Both the position numbers and the translations under genes were made by a program. Source: Reclinomonas americana ATCC 50394 (Eukaryota). Taken from it: DNA of 45,087 bases. Below the pieces are notes generated by a model. The model worked only from the letters and a program-made list of their open reading frames with translations, had not been told where the DNA came from and made no database searches. Below are positions 35,041-45,087 of this stretch, one piece after another (the stretch's first letter is position 1; each line of letters starts with the position of its first letter). The DNA is taken from positions 16,151 to 61,237 of the forward strand of contig PS015454.1 of NCBI GenBank assembly GCA_048213135.1, read 5' to 3'.

Positions 35041-35399
35041 CGTACGACACACGTTAGCAGCAAACAGAACTAGCACGCTAAAGTTCATCTCATGATAACA
35101 ACACAGTCATAAAGCCCTTCAACTCTGGCTTGTTTTAACATGTCGAAACATTCCCGCGGGTGTGCGCAGTCAAACAAAGAGAAACGAGGGAAAAAGAGTG
35201 TACTGCGTGACATGGCGTAACAACCGAACATGCTCGGGGAACGCACACACGCACACGCACACGCACACACGCACGCACACACACACAGTTAGAGAGAGAG
35301 AGACACACACACACACACACACACACATCCGCCCCATGCATGTAATACACACGGAACAACACAGCTACTCGACACATGCACGTTTGACCCGCTGTGTAG

Positions 35400-38300
35400 C
35401 ACAAGCGGCGCGAACATGCCACACCACACACGGAGAATTATCACGAACACAAACCGGTGGAGCAGACATCGAGGTCACGGACTTGCTTCCTGTTCTCTGG
35501 TAGAGCAGCAAAAGGACAATTCGCGGAACAAATGCAGTGACGCATGCGCCTGGCGATATCGCGATCGAATATGTGGGGGACGGCGTGAGGGACGGTGCTT
35601 TTGCCGTGCATTATCGTTTCGCCAGAGAGCAATGGATCGTGCACGCTTCACTCACGACGCACCCCCAGCAGAGCTTACAGACAGTCATTCTATCGCAGGT
35701 GTGTGAGTTGTTTGGAAGACTCAGGCTCAGCCCGCTGTGCGTGTTTCTCGTGTTTGACTGCTTAACTTGCAGCAGGAAGCATTCCCCATGGCGATGCACT
35801 CGCTGCAGTGACAGTGACTGATCATGACAACTTGGAGCTCGAGCACCGCACCGGCCTTGGGATTGATGGCGCTCATCACGCCGACGACCATGAAGGAGTG
35901 GTGGCCCGCCTTCGTGAATGTGCGTTTGATAGTTGGGGATGTCGACACAGGCCTAGAAATAGAATTAGCCTGACACGATCGATTCCATCGCGTTTGAACA
36001 TGTTAACACAGCTGCAGTGTCATCGCCGAGGACTCCAGAGATGCTGCCCCGTGACGACATTGTTGGAACCAGCCATTTTCCTCTCTCTGAAGGTTCTCCG
36101 AGTCAATCGAGTCCTCTCTCTCTGCCACCTCCTAGCAATGGTGGCACACAAGGTGAGTTGTCCACCTGTCGTTGCTTGCAAGATTCTCTATGAACATCCG
36201 CCTTACTTTTTTCTCAACAGTTGTTGGCAACAATTACTTTTCGCAAGAGTTGCGCGTGTTGGGTTCACGCATATTATCTTATTGTTGCCTGACTGCGTAT
36301 ACGTATACATGCCGTCGACAACACGTTCGTAGAGACATCAACGCCATTCGCTTTTCGACAATGCTTCGCCGGTGTGTTGTCCCCGCCTTGCACGAACGAC
36401 TCAGAGATTGTGTTGCCGCGTTTTGGCGAGTAGTCAGCGAAGGTGGAGTGGACAGCCAGATCAACCCGAGGATGTTCGTGTGCAACAAGAACCCCGCTGA
36501 TCAACTCACCAGTGATACTTGGAGGTATGACGGCTCTGGATGCACTCTTCGGAGATGTTTTGTTGAACTGTTGTATGCAGGTGCTTCGGCGGTCAGTTCG
36601 GATCCAAATACTACGAACTTTATCTTAAACGCGGTCGCAAGCGTGAGGGCGAAGACGAGGCGTATGAAATCCTCGACAGGCTTTTCCAGAGGGATCAGCC
36701 TGACCCGCTCGGCTTAGATATACAGCTTTCGTGTCTCGCATTGGAGTCTTGCAATTGTGTTTACTTCAGCACCACACTTTCGGAATCTGGGCCCGAGGAA
36801 GAAATGGTGACGTCTCTGCTAGAAGTCAAACGCGACAAGGATTCTGTCAACATTATTGACATTCCTCGCTTTTTGTTCCTTGGTTGTATGTGTGTTCGTG
36901 TGTTCGTTCTGCAAGAAGTCAAGTGGAGCCGGTGCTACATCGCTGTGGTTGGAAACCAGCAGCGTCGTGGTGTGTGCACTATCGCAGCACTTCTGACGTG
37001 TTTATGATGACTTCTCACCCGTCGCTACGGATGTGATCCTCAGCGCACAGCATGTAGTGCGATTCGCGAGCTTCGAAATTCACTGGCCAGCCACCAGTCT
37101 AGCTTTGGGTTGAGCAGCAACATCTTCCAAGAGAAGGCTTTGCTCTTGAAACAATTGCTCTCCTCATTTCGAGATGACGATCACTGGGGAAGGGAGATTG
37201 ATGGCATTCTTGCAGGTATGTCAAGAGTGTGCCATGTGTAGAGTTGGTTATTCGCAGTATGTCGTTAATCGCTGCGCGCTTGGAACAGCTGACGTGACCG
37301 ATTTTATCCTCCGCCCTGACGAATATATTGGAGTGGCCCAACGAGATGCCGTCGACCGTGCACCGCATGAGCTGCAATATCGAACGAGTCTACTGGAGTC
37401 TGCCGTGACCGGCGGATCTTCTTGCAGGAACGCATTGCTGGCGGAGGTACATATACTCTTAATCGAACACCTTGTACTGATGAGGCACTGTGACGAACAA
37501 ATTTAACACGTACGATTCTCAGGTTGAGGCGTTTGTCAACCATAAAGCCCAGTCAGTGATGCTTCTCTGTGGCCCTGCCGGCAGCGGAAAATCTGCATGC
37601 CTGCGTGCCATTTCTGCCTATTTTGCAGAAGCCGCGATGTCTGCTGCTGCATCACGAGGTCCTGCTGTATATCCTTGGTTTGCGGATATTTGGCAGCTCC
37701 CCACCGACACTGTGAACTCGAATGCTTGGACCCTTGACGAGGCTGCTGGATCTGGAATGCCACCGCTGGTGACACTGCTTCATTACTTGAATGCGTCGCA
37801 CGCCAAGTGCGTGCTAGTAATTGTCGACTCGTACGACGTGTTACTGCAAGCGCCAGTGAACATTCATGCACGACACCAGGTTCGCTAACAGTTCGACTGT
37901 CTGTCGATTATTTGTATTGTAGTTTATTCACTCGCTGATCAATCAGGTGTTTCGAGACCCACGAGTGAAGCTTCTCGTGGCTTGTCGAACGGAGACCCTC
38001 GAGTTCATGGGGCAAGGTGGGAACGATTACATCCGATTCGTGGCACCTGCGGATAGCATATCCTCTGGAACACTGTATCCCCAAGGACTCGCTACACTAT
38101 CGTTGATTTCTGGTTCGATCTGCAACGCAGCCTCGGCACGTCACGCCTTCCATGAGCACCAGCTTGACGGCGCTGTCGCTGATCGACTTGGGTATCTTGC
38201 CGAGTCACATGACATTCTCCGCACGTTCTTGAACCGGCCTCTGCTTCACAACGAAGTCATCGCTCGCTTGGCGTCGAAGTTTTCTGGACCTGGATCCAGC

Positions 38301-41300
38301 CGACTGTTGCTGTTGCCGCTCGGCGATAGCGGCTTGGCAGACTCTGCTCTTGTCGGTTTATTGGATGGCCTTGTTGACGAGATTACTGGCTGGACTGTTG
38401 ACAACACCTACCAACAATCTACCCTTCTCACTCATTCAACTCCGGTCGAGATGATGTTGATGCTGCGAACGGTCTCTCGCAAGCTTCGCGCTCTCCGCTC
38501 GCTTACCACAACGCCAACGCGGTTTTCTGTTGTTGTTACTGGAGCTGATGCTTCTGCTTACGATTCGCTGCGATCTGTTGACGGCGCGTCGCGCCACCAT
38601 GCGAATGAGGTGCCATCGTCTGACTTCAGTGATCTGTTGAATTCCGACTGTGGGCGACTGCTTCTGTTGTGTTGCCCCATGTTGGAATCGCTTGGGGATG
38701 GCGCCGGTCACTGGCGCGTTATGCAAGACAACTCGCGGCTTGTCGATCGCCTTGCATGTTGGCGACTGCCTGGTGTTAGCGATGGATGCGAGTGGTCGCC
38801 GAGGCTAAGGTAATTGTGTTCCCATGACATGCGTATCCGTTTTGATTACTTTGACTGCCGAAAGTACTGATTCACCAATCTTCAATAGCAATCTTCGACT
38901 CTTCTCTGTCGACGGTGCCTCTTCTGCTTTCGAGACGGCGCTCTCACCCAGCCGGTTGCAGCAACCTTCTTCATTCGACGACGGAGACGAGTTGCGGTTG
39001 TAAACGCTTCGACCTTTCACTCTGCCGGCATTATCTCAATTGCCGACCACGTTCAATCATGCAGCTCACTCATTATGTGGCGACTGGAACGATGCCTTCT
39101 TGATGTCGTCAAGCCAATTCTGCTTGACATTTTGCAGCACTCTGTGCCCCCTTTTCTTCGCAAGTGCCGGGAAGCAGCTGCTGAAGGGCATCCAATGTTC
39201 TCCTGTGATGACATGTTCCAGACGAAATCCGTCGAACATTGGCGGTGAGTCTGTGTGCATGTGGGGACTGTTCTCTCTGGGTATTCGTGGTTCTCAATGT
39301 AACTCACAACTCGAACGGATACGGTTGTGACAGGTATGAGTGGGTGAAGGACGACGGCGGCAACCTTGCGTTCGTGAAGCGGTCAGACATCAACAAAGCA
39401 TTTGTTGTTCAGTTGTTCTGCGGGTCCAGCGGCGTACTGTCAGCTTCAAGTGCCTGCGATTTCAACATACTGTCGAATCTAATTCAGTTCTGTGGCTATC
39501 GCTGTCGCAACATCGACCCGAGCGGCATTCTGCTGACTCCCACAACGCACGTGGGCAAGAAGGTCACCGACAAGAACGTCAAGAAGCACCTTTTCGACGC
39601 TTCACTTGGGCATGATCTCACAGCGTTGCTGCTTGTACCCAGTGCCACTTTGGTGAGTGTTGCCTACATATGTTGCTCATACTTTCAAGACGATAGTTGA
39701 CTTTTGTTGATCGCAGAGGGCTGCGACACGCATTCTGGCTGGCGTCAAAAACTCGGTTATCGGTCACTGCAGAGCACACGAAGTCGCCGAGCACGCCAGA
39801 AACTTTGACGACTACATGGCGCAAGTCGAAACATTCATGGAGGCAGCATCCGAGCTGGAGTGCTGGGGCTCTCAATCACAGGAACGACTTAGGTACTGGA
39901 GGAGTGAACTCCATCGCTGTCGAAACAGTTGCGTTAAGTATGAAGTCTCTTGGTAATGTTGTCAGTCGAGTCGGTTCACTTACTCTTTCGCTTGGACAGT
40001 TGAGTTGAGCGACTACGCGCTGGACCCTCGCCGTGCTGTGGACGATATTTGCCGTCTACAGTATGCACAATTCACCGCTGACGAAAGGATTTCGGAGCAA
40101 CTGCAACTGTACGTACCTCTCCGCTGCTGTCGTGAACGAGTTGAAATGAGTGGCGCGGAGAGAAAAAGTCTCCGAGATGAGGTACGTGTTTCGCTACTTC
40201 ATGGCATACCACATCACCGCTGTTCTCAAACATTTGTTTCCGCATTTTAGATACAACGTTTTCTCGACGATGACTCGCAACGTGTTCTCGTGCTGCTTGC
40301 CAACGGCGGCAGTGGGAAAAGTCTGTCGCTTACTGAGCTTGCATGGCGGCTGCTTGATCCTGAAAGTGATCGGAAATTTGTTCCACTCTTCGTTCCTCTC
40401 TGGGCCGTTGAAGATCCGGTGACGGACTTGCTAGGCGGTGGACTTCGCCGGTTGTCATCAAGGTTGGCACCGGAGCACCTTGATAGCTTGCAACAACCCC
40501 TTCTTGTGTTGGCCGATGGATACGACGAGTTACCTGCAGCACACAGAAAAAATCTGTACCGTACAAACGAAGAGGTATGAGATGGACCTGGCGTCTCCAT
40601 GTCAGTGGTTCCTGAAGATGTAATATTCATCTTTTCTATCAGATGCACAGGTTGAATGTGAAGCTTATCGTGACTTGTCGACTTGAGGTTGTCGATGACG
40701 TTGCAGGTGGAATTGACAATTTGTTTGCTCCGTGCGCTGATGACGGAAGCGAAATGCCTGGGAACTTGACGGCCCTCTACCTCTGTCCTTTCGACGACCA
40801 AGGCGACATTGATCTGTACGTTACGCAGTACGTCGAAATGGAGACTAAGCTTGGGAACGGTCACCCACAGTGGGATGTTGGCAAGTACACGCGTACGATT
40901 CAAGAGCTCGCTGGACTGCGGGTCCTTGTTCGGAATCCGTTCATCCTTGCCTCCACTGTTCGCATTTTACCAGAACTTACTGGAACGAGGAATGCTTACA
41001 AGCCGGTGACAACGTACGAGGTATTGGACCATTTCGTGCGGTTTTGGATTCAGCGTGAACGCTTCCGTCTCACTCGCCGAGGAATACGGGCTCTTCCAAG
41101 TGTGGACCATTGTGTTCGCTACGGTGAATCGATTGCCGGTGCATTGTTTCGAGCCGATCTTATTATCGTACGGTTTTCGGCGGAGTCGCTGTTGGACTCG
41201 AACATTCAAGCTGCCAGGGCATTGTTGCTGGATGAAGAAAACGACTTGTTACGTCGATGCTGTCCAGTGATTGAGCGCAGATCGGGTGTTGGCACTTGGG

Positions 41301-43924
41301 GATTCACCCACCGACTGTTGTTAGACTACTTTGTCACAAGACATGTGGTCGCACTGCAGGAATGGCAGACGGCTGACTTATGTTTGCGTGCCTTGTATTC
41401 GCCGACGGTGCATGTGTTGACTGTTAGAGACTGGTGTCGACATCATCCGAGCCTGTTGCAGCAGGTTGCTGGAGCTGTTGTCCGACGCACTCGACTTCAG
41501 CAACGGCTGCTCCGAATCGTCGACATGTCCAGAGAGTGCAGTGAAACAGATGTGACTACAATATCTGCTTCCAGCAATGCGGCTTCAATTTTGTCACTGG
41601 CGCAAGTATCGTTTTCATGCTTGAACTGGAGTGGCGTGCAACTCAAGGATGCCGACTTGCGGGATGCTGTGATGGACTGTACAATTCTGACGGGTTCTCG
41701 ATTCGAACGAGTCAATTTGTTCAGTGCCCTTGTTGTCAACGCGAACCAAGCTGACTGGACTGACACTTTTCGAGTCCCTCCTGTATCTGTGAGGGATGTT
41801 GATTGTTTTGGAGTGTCTTTTGACGGGTCTCTTCTTGTCGCATACTCGGAAGAGCGGTCGACAATTACGTCTTATGTCGCTGGCAGGAGGGGCGTGTACA
41901 CACGACGCGATTCTATGTTTATACCGGACGTTTTCATATCGGACGATTTTGAACCTCGTTGTTTTTTCGTATCAGATGCTGCAGACGGCACATTTGTTTA
42001 CGTAGGTGGCGACTGTGACGGCGAAGGTGTCATCTGTGTGTGCGAAGTGCAAGAAGAGGCCGACTTCCTTGCAAGAATGATTCCATTTCCAACGCCAGCA
42101 GGCGTTCGCGCTCTCGCCGTCTCGCCCGACAATCGCTTTCTTGCGTCTGGTTCAAAGGGCAAGTCTGATCTAAAGGACAATCCTGATCCTCCCACGGCAG
42201 TGAGTGTGTGGAGAATTGGTGGAGAAGACCGTCTTTCTTTCGTCTTTGACTTGGACGGGCACTGTGGGACAGTCAATGCACTTTGTTTCACCCCTGATTC
42301 GAGATTTGTCGTCAGTGGTGGTAGAGATAACACAGTAAGGGTGTGGAATCTTGACGACCGCCGTCAGATACGCTCGTTTGAGGGACATGAGTGGCCAGTA
42401 ACCTGTGTGACGGTAGCGGAGCCAGTAGCTGGGCAAGGATTATTTGCTGTCAGCGGAAGTCGCGATAAGTCCGTTCGAGCTTGGTCAATTGACAGTGGGG
42501 AACTCTGTCACACATTTGCAGGCCACGCATCACGTGTGACGTCCGTGTCGTTTGTGAATGGAGATATCGTCAGTACCGGTTATGATAGTACTTTTCGTCT
42601 CTGGAGCTTCCAGCATAGACACGAGGTGCAGTGCGTACGAGCAGCTCTAAGAAATAATGTTCGTGGGTCTGCTGTGGTGTGCATTGGTGAGGACGTTTTT
42701 CTCGCCGTTCATGGGGACGAGAGTATCCGCATGTGGAATCTGGGCGAGCAACGGTATGCTCAGCGCCGAGCAATTGCCGCTCGGGCATTCCGTGAGTTCA
42801 CGTCAATCACCACTGTGGAAGTTGACGGCGAAGTCATTATTGTCAGTAGTTCGCATGACAAGACAGTGCGACTGTGGTCCCTGGCCACTGGTGAGGAAAT
42901 TCGTCGCTTCGAGGGGCACACCGACGGTGTCACTTGCGTCGCTGTGACGAACGACCGTACTCGTATTCTTAGTGGTGGTGATCATGCGGACCCAACTGTC
43001 CGAGTTTCATGTATGCGAACAGGCTGTGAATTACTGTGCATGGATATGCATCGACGCGCGAGTGACAACTCCAGCCTCCGCATGTACTCGATTTGTGGTC
43101 TTCATGACGCCAAGTTCGCGGCCAGTAGTGATACTGACGGACGAGTATTCGTGTGGAACATTCATAACGGTGAAGTGGTGCGTCAAACGCAAGTGAACTG
43201 TTGCAAGTCAAGCCAGAGCAAGAAAAACCCTAAAGGGTGGCGGTGTGTGTCAGTTACCGCAGTTGCTGGAGGTGTGTTGTGCACGGCAAAGGCCTCCAAA
43301 AGGTCGTCTCGAGCTCGAGAACGTGGCAACATGGAAGCTGTCTTTCTTTCTCTTGACAGATCCGTTCCCCCAGTGGTTATCGACAGTGATGCTGTAGACG
43401 ATGGCGAAATCCAATGTCGAGTTATAACGTCCACCTCAACGATTGACGACATGACCACCTTTATTGCAGTTGGCTGCCCGTCGAACCGTATTCGGTTACT
43501 GAGAGTTTCTGACGATATGGACGTGGCTCGGTTTCTTCCGCCACAGTTCGTTGTATCGCGGAAAATGGCTAAGAGAGTCAATCAAGACGATTCTTTTCGT
43601 TCAGTCGGCGCCGTTGTCGCTGACGCCGAGAGGGCCCTGTACGTTACCGGAATCTCGCGGCTCAAAGGCTTTATCTGGCGTGTCCCACTTCGTGACGTGG
43701 ACACCACGAACAAACAAATTGAACCATGGAGGGTTCTCAGCAGTGGAGAATGCAATCGCGTGTGTGTCCTGCCAGACCAGTTGATGGCTGTGACGTGCAG
43801 TAACGATTTATCAATTCGCATCTGGCAACTCGACACTCAGTCTACCGAGGCAATTTGCGTCAGAATTATCGGCTCCTTCTTCTCGCTCGACCGGATAGCG
43901 AAGAGAACCGGGTATCGACCTTGA
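35400..43924 (+). CDS. Large NLR-like STAND protein: two NACHT-like NTPase domains, pentapeptide repeats and WD40 repeats; multi-exon (could be two genes)
   Basis: NTPase 1: MLLCGPAGSGKS / LVIVDSYDV / KLLVACR. NTPase 2: LVLLANGGSGKS / LVLADGYDE / KLIVTCR / NPFIL / FTHRLLLDYF. Then SSNAASIL and pentapeptide LSLAQVSFSCLNWSGVQLKDADLRDA, and many GH..WD-type repeats (GHCGTVNALCFTPDSRFVVSGGRDNTVRVWN). A donor AG|GTAATT at ~38810 links the halves. The start is uncertain. Confidence 0.82.
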
Positions 43925-44141
43925 CAAAGCGGTCGTGCCGTCATGGCGTGCGTTTTGGCTACGATCAATCTGTACAGTTTATTTGTAATCTTGTGTTGAG
44001 GAGAAATGAAATAAGTATCAATGCAGGCACTTCCTCATGCCCACTGCAGGTACTTGTAACTCGTTGGCGAGCACTGGGAAATGTTCATTGTTTGTGCACA
44101 GATCAGAGCATGCCGTGGTTCGTCGAATGTCTGTCTGTTAT

Positions 44142-45049
44142 TTAATCACCATCACCTCCCCCACCCTCCTCATCATCATCACCACCACCCGCACCATAAT
44201 CATCCCCCACCACCGCCGACCCATCCACCAACAAATTCTCCTCCATCATCTCCTCCGCCACCGCCGCCTCGTCCTCCTCCTCAGCCTCTCCCTCCTCTTC
44301 CTCCTCCTGCACCATCATTTCCTCCTCACTCACCACCGATGCCGCCCGTCGTCGCTCCCCTGCATCCTCTACCGCCTCCACCTCCTCCTCGCCCGCGACC
44401 CCATCCACCTCCATTCCCTGCCCACCGACAGCAGCGGCGGCCTCGTCGAATCCACCCGCACTGAACGCACCCCCGCGCGCATCCTGATCGCCCTCCGTGT
44501 CGTCCATCACCAGCTCCTTCGGGAAGTACCGTCGCACGCACATGATGACGGGCAGTACGCGAGCCAAGTACATTTCCTCGTCCTCGCCTGCAGATGGGGG
44601 TGAGCAGCAGGGAACTCACTGCGAGCACGTACTACACACAATCAAACACACCCTCCAACATGGGCAGCACCAGCATGTACAGCACCGGATGTTGAAACTT
44701 GCGATTCACCAGCGTCACCATCAGCTCCGTCAGTTCCTGCGCTTGCTCCACTGCACCGAGAACGAGATCAAAATCAGTGCTCGTCTCACCCCCTTCTCCC
44801 TCCGTATCACACCGCTCTCTTCAATCTCTCTGCAACAGAGACGAAGTGACTTGCCTCGCTGTGCCACAAGCAAGACGTCGCACCAGTCCCTCATCCTCTC
44901 TCTCTCTCTCTCTCTCTCTGACACGCACACACAGCTGCGCATGCGCACGAGTACAGCAAGGACAACTCGCCCTGAAGACAAAATCATTGATTTGTTCACA
45001 ACACAGCTGAACAGCCAAAGATGCCTTCTCGACCAATCCCCCTCCATCC

Positions 45050-45087
<38 letters not shown>
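44142..45087 (-). CDS. 3' part of an unknown gene with a long acidic C-terminal tail; 5' end outside the window
   Basis: Spliced exons VEQAQELTELMVTLVNRKFQHPVLYMLVLPMLE and GEDEEMYLARVLPVIMCVRRYFPKEL, then an E/D/G-rich tail to TAA at 44142. Confidence 0.65.

Noticed and set aside
11151-43924. Idea that TROVE-vWA plus NACHT-WD40 is a split TEP1
   Set aside because: The genes are ~18 kb apart on opposite strands with six genes between them. The NACHT-pentapeptide-WD40 type does not look like the TEP1 C-terminus.
44081-44464. Proline/histidine-rich plus-strand ORF (extensin/formin-like)
   Set aside because: It is the antisense reading of the E/D/G-rich tail of the minus-strand gene.
1-45087. 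tRNA, rRNA, Y/vault RNA, transposase or reverse-transcriptase sequences
   Set aside because: None was recognisable by eye. Covariance-model searches (Infernal/tRNAscan-SE) would be needed to exclude small ncRNAs.

Overview
Gene-dense, intron-rich nuclear DNA from a eukaryote, probably a protist (lineage not assignable from sequence alone), with several N gaps. By manual splicing I recover about 12 protein-coding genes. In order: two tandem paralogous signal-peptide proteins sharing a 3x two-cysteine repeat module, the complete one ending in a GT77-type glycosyltransferase domain (-); a membrane DnaJ protein (-) head-to-head with a GH27 alpha-galactosidase (+); a TEP1/p80-like TROVE-vWA protein with an extra vWA domain and a C-terminal CaaX box (-); a HIT-like protein (-); a DHH/DHHA1 phosphoesterase (+); a probable 2H phosphoesterase (-); a vWA-like/FN3/IFI44-like GTPase (+); a Nudix hydrolase (-); a CMTR2 cap 2'-O-methyltransferase with an internal G-patch (-); a large double-NACHT/pentapeptide/WD40 NLR-like protein (+); and the 3' end of an unknown acidic-tailed gene (-). 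The most notable points are the run of RNA-end/nucleotide-processing and innate-immunity-type genes at 11-44 kb and several unusual domain architectures. Most long ORFs in the supplied track are artefacts of GA/CT low-complexity introns, tandem repeats and gaps. Exon boundaries are read by eye and CDS coordinates are gene spans including introns.
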